From Eledone cirrhosa (taxonomy: Eukaryota), in assembly GCA_964016885.1 (NCBI GenBank), contig OZ024740.1:231260001-231324000 (forward strand): a DNA stretch of 64,000 bases. Reading direction: 5' to 3'. Below are positions 23,690-37,019 of this stretch, one piece after another. A model generated the notes under the pieces. The model had not been told where the DNA came from and made no database searches. It worked only from the letters and a program-made list of their open reading frames with translations. The position numbers were made by a program, and so were the translations under genes. The number at the start of each line of letters is the position of its first letter. Position 1 is the first letter of the stretch.

Positions 23690-24062
23690 GTGGTAGCACT
23701 GGTGCCACGATAAAATGCATCCAATGCACTCTGTAAAGTTGTTGAACTGGTGCTATGACAAAGTCCACCCAACTCACTGTAAAATGGCAGTATTGGTACC
23801 ACTATAAAATGCACCGAACCCACTTTGTAAAGTGGTAGTACTGGTGCCACAATAAAATGCACCCAGCCCACTCTGTAAAGTGGCAGTACTGGTGCCACAA
23901 TAGAATACACCCAATTCACAGTGTAAAGTGGTAGTAATGGTACCACAATAAAATATTCTCAATATACTGTGTAAAGTGGTAGTGTTGTTGGCACAATAAA
24001 ATTCACCCAGAACACTCTTTAAAGTGCTTGTCATTAGGAAAGGCGTCCAGCTGTAGAAACCA
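23690..24062 (+). repeat. ~49-bp minisatellite (about 7 units) derived from the SINE/RTE-3'UTR module
   Basis: gtggtagtactggtgccacaataaaatgcacccagcccactctgtaaa repeated, ending in aggaaaggcgtccagctgtagaaac. Reverse arrays at ~57815-57990 and 62355-62440. Confidence 0.85.
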
Positions 24063-25059
24063 TTTCAAAATGGAATGTATGAGCAAGACATGATCATTTG
24101 ACCTGTCTAATCTCAAACCATGACAACTCATCTAAACTATGATGATGATTCCCTCAAAACACACCCCATTGTTTTAGATAAGAGTATGTTGGATAATGTG
24201 GTTCTAGGTTACCTATACAACAATAGCCATTTAATTGGTTTGTAAACACTCACCAATGCCTTATACACAATGGATCACTATGTCTTCTCTATGCCCATTC
24301 TGTTGTTGTTACAATGGCCTTATCCACTGTATAGCACCTCTATTTAGTGCAGCAGGTGACAATGCCATCACAATTCTGACTGGTGGATAAGGCAGTCATG
24401 ACCAGGTACTCAGATAACAGAAACAGCAAATAAAATTGGGTAATTACATTTGGAATTCCTTTTATCATGATAGGTCTACTGGATGTCATGGTTGACCTGG
24501 AGTTAAACAACGATATAATTTAAAAACAATAACTGTATGTAGGTGTCATTTTAACCACTTGAAAACTCATAAAAACTGCTTACTTTATCATCATCATGAT
24601 CATCACCTCTATTATTTATGATATGAGGAAATCATTATGCATATAAAGTAAAGTTAACAGATTTTGGGTGTCTTTAGATGGCTAAATTGACTCTTCAACA
24701 CATTATTGTTTTAGTTTCAATACATGGTCATAGATCAAGTCTCAAGCCAGACAAGTACAACTCCGAAATATTATTTCATTTTAAAGAAAAATGTTAATAC
24801 TCTATGCTAGTACTTTATGTCTGTTTTTCCATGCTTATCCTAGTTTCATAGATGTTAAACAACTGAGAGTACAGAATTTCACCCAAAATGGGATAATGGT
24901 TTGTCACTATACTAATCTCTTGCTGCTGTTGCTTGAACAACATGAAATAAAATGCCTTGCTCAAGGACACAATGTGTCACTCAATCTTGCAATGAAACCA
25001 ATAACCTTAGGCTACATATCTTCATTTATAAAGAAAAAAATATTTTGTGTAATTTTATA

Positions 25060-26210
25060 TGTGCATTCACTCATATATACATTGTCATATATACATTTAG
25101 TCATGTATAATTCCACTCATATATACATTGTCATGTATACTTTCACTCATATATACATTCAGTCATATATACATTCAGTCATATATACATTGTCATATAT
25201 ACATTCAGTCATATATACTTTCTCTCATATATATATTGTCATGTATACTTTCACTCATATATACATTGTCATGTATAATTTCACTCATATATACATTCAG
25301 TCATGTATACTTTCACTCATATATACATTCAGTCATGTATACATTCAGTCATGTATACACTCAGTCATGTATACATTCAGTCATGTATACATTGTCATGT
25401 ATACATTCAGTTATATATACATTTAGTCATATATACATTCAGTCATATATACATTCAGTCATATATACATTCAGTCATGTATACATTTAGTCATATATAC
25501 ATTCAGTCATATATACATTTAGTCATGTATACACTCAGTCATGTATACACTCAGTTATGTATACATTGTCATGTATACATTTAGTCATATATACATTTAG
25601 TCATATATACACTCAGTCATGTATACATTCAGTCATGTATACATTCAGTCATGTATACATTCAGTCATGTATACATTGTCATGTATACATTCAGTCATAT
25701 ATACATTTAGTCATATATACATTCAGTCATATATACATTTAGTCATGTATACACTCAGTCATGTATACATTCAGTCATGTATACATTCAGTCATATATAC
25801 ATTCAGTCATGTATACATTCAGTCATATATACATTCAGTCATATATACATTGTCATGTATACATTTAGTCATATATACATTTAGTCATGTATACACTCGG
25901 TCATGTATACACTCAGTTATGTATACATTCAGTCATGTATACATTTAGTCATATATACATTTAGTCATATATACACTCAGTCATGTATACATTCAGTCAT
26001 GTATACATTCAGTCATGTATACATTCAGTCATGTATACATTCAGTCATGTATACATTCAGTCATATATACATTTAGTCATATATACATTCAGTCATATAT
26101 ACATTTAGTCATGTATACACTCAGTCATCTATACATTCAGTCATGTATACATTCAGTCATGTATACATTTAGTCATATATACACTCAGTCATGTATACAT
26201 TCAGTCACAT
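25060..26210. repeat. 16-bp minisatellite (agtcatgtatacattc)n
   Basis: Roughly 70 visible units with gt/at and c/t variants. Confidence 0.95.
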
Positions 26211-27418
26211 ATCTAAAGAATTTGACCAAAAAGATATCTATAAAATAGGTTCTGTGGTCGATATGATCAACTAAATTAAAGTAATGTTTGTGCATGACCA
26301 TAATCCAATGACTGAAACCTGTAAAAGAATTTCCCCCATTTAAAAAAAATAGTGCTGTATTTTAATACTGCTGTCTGTTTTATCTAAGTTTGATTTTGAA
26401 TCAATATAGTAGTTAGGTTTTGTTGACATTTAAGTTTATGTCACATTGAAATCTCTATTCATTAGTCTAAATAAACCAACATACTAGAATCTTTTGACGT
26501 GAAATTTGTATTTCCTATCGTTTTTAATATGTTTTGAATGCATAAAGATGAGTTGTGTCTTAACAAACCACACGTGTGAGTGGTTGAGTATGTGTGTATA
26601 TGTGTGACATCTGAATGAGTATTGTCTACCTCCAACTAACTTGCCCTCTGCTTGTTAGTCTTGGCCAACTGGTTGGAGAATCTGTTTTCCTTTATTTTTA
26701 CCTCCAGTGTCGATAAATTCAATTGTTGTATTCTTTTTACAAAAATCCTGTGTACTCATTTAATGGTGTCAACAGATATCTGTAAAAAAAAAAAACAGTA
26801 GAATTTATGACAAGTTTTGAGTCATGCTGCTGTTGTTTTTATTTATTTTTTGCTTGTTTCTAGTATTCTTGTTGTATTGATCCTCATTGATTGATTATTA
26901 CCTGGGCTAATATCTTATTTAGTGCTTTTAGATCTCTTGGTATCAAATATCATAAAACAATATAATTTTTGTTTTGTTTTCCTGAGCAGCCTTAAAATTT
27001 TGTATAGGTTGATGTGAATATTAATGATGAATGTTTGAGTAAAGTTGTAAATTTGTTCTTAGGTTCTTAGACATAATGTTGCTTGCTTCTAGATGGAGAA
27101 AAATCTATGCATTGCTGTTGTATTATTGATTTAACTTCAGATATTCAGATGTTCACAAATGGACGAAAATAGAAGGCAAATGGATAAAAGGAATATTTTT
27201 GTCTGTAAAAAAAAAGAAAAGAAAAATATGTATATGTATATTATTTTACATCTAATCAGGTATCTGAATCATTATTATACATTTGAATTAAAGTTATATT
27301 TAATGTACAACACACACACACACACACATATATGTGTATATATATATATATATATATACTGTAGTAAAAGTTGGGTAAAAATATCCAAGGATGATAGAAC
27401 TCAGTCCATAAGTATAAT

Positions 27419-27640
27419 GAGGTACAACAGTGACATATACAGGTACTTAGGTTTCGTTGGGTTATACACCCAGACTCATTCAGCCTGTTATATAGATAAA
27501 GATGGCTACACCCACAGTTTTCTAAAAAACTTCTAAAAATTTTGTTGGGGTAGCCATCTTTGTTTATATAACTGACTGAATAAGTTGGGGTGTATAACCC
27601 AATGAAACATAAGTACTTGTATACGTCACTGTTGTAACTC
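27419..27640. repeat. Diverged fold-back (~100-bp arms) with hammerhead-like motif
   Basis: gaggtacaacagtgac...gatggctac pairs with gtagccatc...gtcactgttgtaactc. Confidence 0.9.
27439..27488 (-). ncRNA. Hammerhead-like motif with 8-nt core variant
   Basis: Minus strand ACAGG-CTGAATGA-gtctgggt(gtata)acccaac-GAAA-cctaag-TA-CCTGT. Perfect 5-bp stem I, GUA triplet, one extra base in CUGANGA. Confidence 0.5.
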
Positions 27641-27652
27641 TATATGTAAATA

Positions 27653-27714
<62 letters not shown>

Positions 27715-28689
27715 ACTACTGCAATATTATAGATTCATTAAGTGGGTGAGTCATAGCTGGAGATCGATGAAATAATATCAACGATTTTCATAAATCTTCT
27801 ATTTTACTCCCAGTTCCACTGACTTGCCTCCTGTATAAGTTTAGAGCTTTCCATATTTTTATCTATATTGTTTAAATATTGAGTATTGAATGTTCGACTT
27901 TGTATTATTAGTCAGCCTTTACATGCATATATATGTCTATATGCATATATATATATACATTTATATAACATACTGGTTGAGTTTTATTTTGGCGGGAATT
28001 CCACAGTTTGAATCACTATAACTAGTTTTTCTCATAGAGTGGCCTTCCTCTATTTTCATTAGAGGTCACGTGTCATGTTAGCATAGAATAGTTAGATTCT
28101 TTATTGAAACAGTACGCATTGCCCCACACACTACAAAGACCAATGAATTGACTTGGGCAGAACCCGCTGAGGAAGTGCAATAGGCCGATTGTGTAATTAT
28201 CTGTTGATAATATGCAATTTTCTGAACACTGCAGATCTAATATCTGTAGTTGTGAAGCATATTGTACAGAAATGGATTCCGTCGAGGAGAAAGATACATA
28301 ATGTATCTGCACCAAAACACAGCCACTACACTTGCTATTAACTAAAATTACAGACCTCGTTGGAGCAAGGTGCAGCATGGCCAATTCTGGCCAGACTTGC
28401 CTCCCAACATGGACGACTTGTCTAATCCATGCAAGCATGGACAAATAGATGCTAAATGGATGCAATTGAGGTGAAATAATTGTGCCATATTGTTGTTATG
28501 AGATGTGAGTCTGATTTTTGCTGTGGGCGGATAATACGGGGCCCAAGCCTTGGGTGTACTGTAAAGGTAATGGAATATTTTCCACATCATGCAGATAATG
28601 TAGTGCTCTGGTGGTGTTGGAGAGAATAAAGTATGAGTTTTTCTAGTCGACACCAATAGTCAAGGCCTGACATGCCATCTATCTTTCTC

Positions 28690-29330
28690 ATGACTTACCT
28701 TCGAGGAGCTTCAATTTTCATATTTTGTTTCATGTGGGGAGACCACAGTGGACAATAGTATTGAAAGGGGGGGGGGGAAGGTCAGGCAAAAGTGGAGAAG
28801 AGAAGGATAACAGTGTGGTTATCTCTCAACTGGAAGGTTCTGAGAATCATTCTGTAGGCCATGTCAACTTTGCTGTTTACATGAGTGACCCAGTTTATGT
28901 TGTTGTCCACAATTACTCCCATGTCTCTGATGTTGTTGGATTCCACGAGAGTTTCACCTGAAGGAAGGGAGTACGAGAGTTTCAGGGCATCCTCTTTTCC
29001 AAAGTGGATTAATTCAAATTTAGCCTCATTCAGCAGCATATTGTTCTTTTCTGCCCATTGGATAACAGCAAGCAGATCTGATTGGAGGCATATCCAGTCA
29101 CCCACGCCATTGATGACGTTCTGGAGCTTGGAATCATCTGCAAAGATTTTTATGCTGCTGTGCTTGATGATGTCAGTAATGTCATTAATATAGATAATGA
29201 AAAGAAGTGGGCCCAACACAGTGCCTTGTGGAACTATCTACTGACTTTGGCTGGGCTCGATTTTACTCCTTCGACTACAACATGTTGGGCTCTTTTTGAT
29301 AGGAAAAACTTGTTAACTGCAGCAACTTTC
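28690..29330 (-). mobile_element. CR1-group LINE RT fragment
   Basis: ORF 28782..29219: [13 protein letters not shown]...IFADDSKL...LQSDL..WAEKNNMLLNEAKF...RDMGVIVDNNINW. Confidence 0.9.
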
Positions 29331-30006
29331 CATATATATATATATATGTGTGTGTGTATGTATATATATCAAATATAGTTTTAGCGAGAATCGCATTTCG
29401 GCAGGTAGAAAAGGCGAAGCGAAACACAAAAATCAGAAATAATGCTGGCAAGCGCTCCATAGTTAAAAAACCAGAGCTAAACAATATGTTAAGACGCCAT
29501 ACAAAACTGAAATAGTGGTCAAGAAAGCATCAACCACCTAAGTCAAAAAGCAAATCAAGCTAAACAGGTCAAAACAAAATAAATGATAAAAAAACACAGA
29601 CCTGGACCCATTGGAATTGATGTTAAAATCCAAATGCAGGGTTTCTATGACACCTAAATCAAAATACTGTCTGCTTAAAATTATAAGCTTTAGGTATAAT
29701 GATCGAACAAGGAATATCACGTTATCAACAGGTATTTTGTTCTGTACCAAATTTGTGAATGAGACAGAGGCGTGTAAAAGCACATATGGAATTCAAAAGG
29801 GGAAATACCCCAGATTTTGGGAAATGAATTCAGTATGTATATACCATGCAAAAAATTGCATAAAGAGCACAAATCGAATAAGCTCTCGACCGGGTAGTTT
29901 TTAAAATAAACTTATGCAATTAACCTGTCAATAAAAATTATTAACAAGTTAATTGTAAGGACTCGGGATCTATATATATTTATATATGTATGTATGTATA
30001 TGTATG

Positions 30007-30076
<70 letters not shown>

Positions 30077-30156
30077 CATACATACATATACATACATATA
30101 TACATATATATGTATGTAAAAGGTAAACAGAAATAACAACGTATACATACATATAT

Positions 30157-30613
30157 GGTGGCTGCCAACTCGTTTTCGAGTACGGCCACTACTTTATATC
30201 CATGTAGGAGAACCCCTACCGATGCGTTGAACAAGTGTGACTTTTTAGTCCAGCCAGCGACTTGAAAACTCTGGTACAAACACTACACTTGTGACAATTA
30301 TTGACACATAGTGCTGGGCCAATGGTACCATATGACGACAAGTGCAGAGAGATCTCCAGATATAAAGCAATGCCTGTGCCGTGAAGCTTTTATAGTCAGC
30401 AAAGGCACTGCACAAAGCCAGTCCCACTCTCTTAACCAAGATGATATTTACCAAAAAGAAGAACAAGTCAACATCATTTGATACCATCAGGGTTGCAGGT
30501 GTTATATCAGAGTTTTCCTTCTCCTAGAATTCTGCCTTGACAAAGGCTAAGGGGTCATCTCTCCCGGTGATTTTGGATGACCATTGACTCTTAAGAGCTC
30601 CTTTTCCCTTTGA
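30157..30613 (-). mobile_element. Family H retroposon, 5'-truncated copy
   Basis: Reverse complement of ~7245-7700; same spurious ORF set (MVSNDVDLFFF...). Confidence 0.9.
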
Positions 30614-30643
30614 TATATATACATACATATAATATATATACAT

Positions 30644-31196
30644 GGTGGCTGTCAACTCGTTTTCGAGTACGGCCACTACTTTATATCCATGTAGGAGAAC
30701 CCCTACCGATGCGCTGAACGAGTATGACTTTTTAGTCCAACCAGCAACTTGAAAACTCTGGTACAAACACTACACCTGTGACAATTATTGACAGATAGTG
30801 CTGGCCCAGTACAACCTGTCTCATGGTCGGGTCGTTGGCGACTAAACTGGCAACCCCACCAAGGTTTCTTGGTGAGGAGGGTGACTTTGGACATCCTGCA
30901 GGACTAAAAACAAAACCTGTCAAAGGGCAAAGGAGCTCTTAAGAGTCAATGGCCATCCAAAATCACCAGGAGAGATGACCCCTTAGCCTTTGTCAAGGCA
31001 GAATTCTAGGAGAAGGAAAACTCTGATATAACACCTGCAACTCTGATGGTATCCAATGATGTTGACTTGTTCTTCTTTTTGGTAAATATCATCTTGGTTA
31101 AGAGAGTGGGACTGGCTTTGTGCAGTGCCTTTGCTCGCTATAAAAGCTTCACGGCACAGGCATTGCTTTATATCTGGAGATCTCGCTGCACTTGTC
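30644..31196 (-). mobile_element. Family H retroposon with inverted 5' segment
   Basis: 30644-30808 is the 3' part on -; 30806-31196 is the 5' part on +. Confidence 0.9.
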
Positions 31197-31567
31197 ATCA
31201 CATACATATATACATACATGCATACACACACATATATATATATATATATAGTAATAATAATAAATTTGAAGATCCCGTTAAGGGTGAAAGCAGCGATTCT
31301 TTGTTTAAACTTTAATCTGTTATTCTAATAAATATATATATATACACATACATATAAATATATGTAAATATATATATACATACATATAAATATATGTAAA
31401 TATATATATATATATATACATACATATAAATTTATGTAAATATATATATATATCTATATATACATATAAATATATGTAAATATATATATATACATACATA
31501 TAAATATATATAAATATATATACATACATATAAATACTTATAAATATATATACAAATATATATATAT

Positions 31568-31661
31568 AGAGATAATGAAAAGAAGGGGCCCAGCACAGGG
31601 GCTTGTGGGACACCACTACTGATTTTGGCAGGGCTGGATGGTACTCCTTCAACCACAACAT
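31568..31661 (-). mobile_element. ~90-bp internal CR1 RT fragment in (TA)n
   Basis: [24 protein letters not shown]. Confidence 0.8.
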
Positions 31662-31728
31662 ATATATATATATATATAGATATATATATACTTATATATA
31701 TATATATATATATATAAGTATATATTAG

Positions 31729-31780
<52 letters not shown>

Positions 31781-31803
31781 TTAGTAGATATATATACACA
31801 TAT

Positions 31804-32622
31804 ATATGATAATAAGGGCGCTGCGGAGTTGCAAATGGGTTACATATGAAAAAGTTTGTCCTTCATCTGTGATCTTCCAACTATCATAGGTATTTCATCG
31901 CTTTAAAGACCATATACCTCCGGTTGGTGCGAGCAACGGCTAAAAAATGTCGTTGGGACACGTAAATAAAGGGGACGCGAGGGTAAACAAACAAAATGGT
32001 GAGGCAACAGAAAGTGAGGAATAAGGAGACAAGTCCCAGATTTCTATGAGTTTAAGTTCGGTGAAATCGTGAACGAGAGAATAAAGACCATCAAACCTGG
32101 TTGAAATGTGAGCAAGGAAGGAATTTTGCACAGGTCTAGCGGGAGGAAGAAGGGGTCTGGTCTGCGAATTCGGTAAACATAAGTTCTGTGAAATCGTAGA
32201 CGCGAGAGAAAAAATTCCGACCAGCTTGGCTGAGAATGTGAGAGAAAAGAGTTACTCACAGGTCAAACGGGAAGAAAGAGGAGGAGGAGGAGGAGAGGTA
32301 GTGACAGAGAATGAGTGAGTGAAGGGTGAGGTGAGGAAGAGGCTAACAGAGAGAGAGACTGCTAGAACGAAAAAGACGGGTAGCAGCAGAGGAAAAAATA
32401 TGTTTAAATATGATAATAAGGGCGCTGCGGAGTTGCAAATGGGTTACATATGAAAAAAGTTTGTCCTTCATCAGTGATCTTCCAACTATCATAGGTATTT
32501 CATCGCTTTAAAGACCATGTACCTCCGGTTGGTGCGAGCAACGGCTAAAAAAAGTCGTTGGGACACGTAAATAAAGGGGACGCGAGGGTAAACAAACAAA
32601 ATGGTGAGGCAACAGAAAGTGA
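31804..32622. mobile_element. Unclassified element with ~214-bp direct terminal repeats (period 604 bp) in (TA)n
   Basis: 31804-32017 is nearly identical to 32408-32622. The middle is purine-rich on + with no recognisable protein. Confidence 0.75.
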
Positions 32623-32629
32623 ATATATA

Positions 32630-32886
32630 TAAATATTAGTATATATATATATAAATATATATATATAAATATAAATATATATATATATAAGTATATATTA
32701 GTATATATATATATAAGTATATATTAGTATATATATATAAGTATATATTAGTATATATATATATAAGTATATATTAGTATATATATATATAAGTATATAT
32801 TAGTATATATATATATAAGTATATATTAGTATATATATATATAAGTATATATTAGTATATATATATATATATATAAGTATATATTA

Positions 32887-32919
<33 letters not shown>

Positions 32920-33870
32920 TATATATTAGTATATATATATAAGTATATATTAGTATATATATATAAGTATATATTAGTATATATATATATAAGTATATAT
33001 TAGTATATATTTATATATATATGTATATATTAGTACATATATATATATTAGTATATATATATATATAAGTATATATTAGTATATATTTATATATATATGT
33101 ATATATTAGTACATATATATATATTAGTATATATATATATATAAGTATATATATATATATATAAGTATATATTAGTATATATATATATATAAGTATATAT
33201 ATATATATAAGTATATATATATATATAAGTGTATATATATATATATAAGTGTATATATATATATATATAAGTATATATATATATATATATAAGTATATAT
33301 TAGTATATATATATATATATAAGTATATATATATATATATATAAGTATATATTAGTATATATATATATATATAAGTATATATATATATATATATAAGTAT
33401 ATATTAGTATATATATATATATAAGTATATATATATATATATATAAGTATATATTAGTATATATATATATATAAGTATATATTAGTATATATATATATAT
33501 AAGTATATATTAGTATATATATATATATAAGTATATATATATATATATATATATAAGTATATATTAGTATATATATATATATAAGTATATATATATATAT
33601 ATATATATAAGTATATATTAGTATATATATATAAGTATATATTAGTATATATATATATATAAGTATATATTAGTATATATATATATATAAGTATATATTA
33701 GTATATATATATATATAAGTATATATTAGTATATATATATATATAAGTATATATTAGTATATATATATAAGTATATATTAGTATATATATATTAGTATAT
33801 ATATATATATAAATATATACATACATATATATGTATGTATGTATGTATGTATATATATATATGTATATAT
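32630..33870. repeat. (TA)n-derived minisatellite (atataagtatatattagtat...)
   Basis: Directly visible. Confidence 0.95.
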
Positions 33871-33872
33871 AT

Positions 33873-33964
33873 ATTGTGGTTGAAGGAGTACAATCCAGCC
33901 CTGCCTTAGTCAGTAGTGGTGTCCCACAAGGCATTGTGTTGGGCCCACTTCTTTTCATTATCTC
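33873..33964 (+). mobile_element. ~90-bp internal CR1 RT fragment in (TA)n
   Basis: [29 protein letters not shown]. Confidence 0.8.
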
Positions 33965-35156
33965 TCTATATATATATTTGTAAATATATTTATATGTATG
34001 TATGTATATATATATATTTATATATATATATCATCATCATCATCATTTAACGTCCATCTTCCATGGTAGCATATATATATATATGTGTATATGTGTATAT
34101 ACATTTATATATGTGTGTAAAAAACCCATTAATTGATAACACTTTTCTTTCATGTCTTCTGCCAAACATTAGATGGTTGTGCCACCATAGTCCCAGCAGA
34201 CAGAGAAAATTTAGATATATAATTGCAAAGGATAGTGAAAGAAACGTAGCATTAAAAGGTAATGGTGTGAGCCCCTAAGTAGTTACTCAGCCAAAATCTA
34301 AAAGTTATACTGAAAAAGTGCTATTGTATTCATATGACATTTGACATTTATCTACTTCAAAATATTTCTTTTTTTGAAAGATTGACACTAATACAAAATG
34401 ATGACATTAATAAAACATCATTCAAAATACATCATTTTGAGTTATTAAAAAAAAAAGAAAAATTAAACTTTGATTTTGGTTGTTTGATCTTATTTGTATT
34501 GATTTGGTTATAATATCAAATTGATTTTTCTGTATCTTAGTAATTTTGCTTTTTGTTAGATGTTTCTTTAACTTACAATGTTCTGCATTGCAAGGCATTC
34601 TTTAGAAGTGTAAAATGACACTATTTCTTTGCACCAGTCACTGTCAAGACCTGAGGCATTCTTAGACCCTGGAGATCTGACCTCTTCAGTAAAATCAGAT
34701 CGATAAGCAGCCCCGTGAGGTTGTGTAACAGTCGCAATGCGTGTTGCTGGCCATTGTCTGCAGAAATGTTTTTGCCATTTTGTCTATAGGACACAGCCAA
34801 AACACCACTCTGACCTAAGTGTAACCTGCCCCTCTCTTCCCTTCCCTCTTTCTTTCTTCCTTTGTCTAGTAGTCCTTGCTCTTTCCCTCCCTTTCTTCTT
34901 ATTTATGGCATCTATAGTCCTTCCCAATGCTGCTCTCTTTTATGCTATGACTGTATTCTGTATGTACGTCAAAGACAAATGACATTATTGGCTGTAAATG
35001 GTGTTGATATGAAAATGCATGTAGAAACTAATACACAAACACACACAGATGCTGAGACTCAGAGAGGAGATGTTGAAGGAATGCGATGAGTGGAAAGACA
35101 CTCTGCTGAAAAGGACCTGTTCAACCCATATGAGCATGAAAAAATGGACATGATGA

Positions 35157-35206
<50 letters not shown>

Positions 35207-35208
<2 letters not shown>

Positions 35209-35552
35209 AGGCACATGGCTTAGTGGTTACATGGCACATGGCTTGCAATCGAAAGGTTGTGAGTTCAATTCTCAGACCGGGTGATGTGTTGTTTCCTTGA
35301 GCAAGACACTTTATTTCACATTGCTCCAGTTTACTCAGCTGTAGAAATGAGATGATAGGGACTGGGGTCCATATCATTCCACTGCAAAGTGGTCGTGGAG
35401 GTGCCACGGCAAAAAAGCACCCAGCACTCACTGTAAATGAGGTTGGTGTTAGGAAGGGCATCCAGCTGTAGAAATCAAGCCAGAATCAGTTCCTGTCCCA
35501 CCCTTGCAAGCAGGGAAAAGGGGACGTAAAATGAAATGAAATGATGAAATGA
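35207..35552 (+). mobile_element. SINE family A, copy 3
   Basis: Full head ggaggcacatggcttagtgg with a local duplication; tail ggacgtaaaatgaaatg. Confidence 0.9.
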
Positions 35553-35714
35553 AATATATATATCCTCTACTTTCACTAATATACCGACTCTGATCTTACC
35601 ATGTATTGAGTATTTCATTGATTTGTGGTCTTTTTGATCCAAGTACTGCAGACTATCTATCTGTCTATCTATCTACCTACCTACCTACCTACACACATAC
35701 ACACACACTGTGAG

Positions 35715-35825
35715 CTTCCTCATAGTTTTCATCAATGGTTTTGGTCAGCTTAAAGCTACCACACAGTGAGATTGAACCTAAACCCAGGTGGTTGCAAAGT
35801 GAACTACTTAACCACACAGCCATAT
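35715..35825 (-). mobile_element. Old tRNA-derived SINE fragment (similar relics at ~15280-15390 + and 38840-38995 -)
   Basis: Minus strand atggctgtgtggttaag...gggtttaggttcaatctcactgtgtgg. Confidence 0.55.
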
Positions 35826-36290
35826 CTACATCTACAGTATTGTGAATTTCATTTGTTAGAATCATTTTAAGGTATATTATTTTATTTGGCGATGCCTTCA
35901 CTGTTAAATTTAGAATTATGATACTGCTCATTAAGGAGTGATTATTGATAAGAGTGTTAATTAAAACAAACATTTTCAAAAAGATTTTTATCATCACTTT
36001 CTGAAACTGAAACCAATGTTTGCCTTTGACTTCAGAACGATTCAAAGAAAATTACAGACTGGCAGTAATTTGAGGGACTTAATTGGATGATACTATTCAC
36101 TGTTTGTTTAAAGTATTATAATTATAACTCATTAATTGTTAAATCATGACCCAAAAGGCATATTAACCTGTCTTTTGAACCAGTTCATAGTAATTCAAAT
36201 AATAATAATAATAATAATAGTAATTTAAACAGAGACAAATGAACAAAAAATAAAAATGCATTTCTCTTATTTAATGACTTTTAATATAAA

Positions 36291-36860
36291 ATGAAGGTTT
36301 GTGGATCTATGGTTAGAAAATTGGATTTACAATAATGAGGTTATGAGTTTGATTCCTGGACCAGGCAATGCATTATGTCCTTGAGCAATACACTTTATTT
36401 CACATTGTTCCTTCTGCCAGAAGTTGTGACCAATAGATAATATCAGCAATTGGAATGAGTAATGGAAACATTGTTTCCTTGATCCGATTGGATGAGTTCT
36501 GTGCCATTCAGTAAGTCAGTGTATCCCCTAATATATTACAGTATTTGAATCTAAATCTCCATTGTGAAAGTATGTAGGTTAGAAGGTAAGGTGTTTGGTT
36601 CATGATTGTAAGGTTTTGAGTTTGATTCCCAGCAGCATTTTGTATTCTTCATTTCACATTGCTGGAGAAAATGATTTGCATCAGAAATTCAAAGGACCAG
36701 CTTTGTCATACGCTGTATTCTGCTGAATCTCCCTGGGAACTACGTTAAGGGTGCACATGTCTGTGAAATCCTCAGTCACTTGAACATTAATTTCAAGAGC
36801 AGGCTCTTCCATTATTTAAATAACTGGAACATTTATCATCAGAACCAATGAAGACTTAAC
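36291..36860 (+). mobile_element. Two old tRNA/CORE-headed SINEs with different tails (36291-36500; 36565-36860)
   Basis: The first matches 62486-62700. The tail of the second resembles 15880-16050 and 46320-46450 (reverse). Confidence 0.7.
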
Positions 36861-37019
36861 CTACATGCATATGCACGCACGTATGCACGCATGCATGCAC
36901 ACATGCACACACGTACGCTCACTCACGATTCACCAGCTTTTCATGAGTGGTCACAAAAATTTAGCTTAAGTGTTTTTTTTTTAGTTTTAGAATAATAAAA
37001 AAAATATGGCTTTACAGTT

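Noticed and set aside
25060-26210. Regular array as a possible CRISPR
   Set aside because: Contiguous 16-bp units with no unique spacers, no cas genes and a eukaryotic context. The same applies to the 49-bp and ~106-bp arrays.
35207-35285. tRNA gene
   Set aside because: A/B boxes are present but there is no complete cloverleaf; it continues into CORE and LINE tail, so it is a SINE head.
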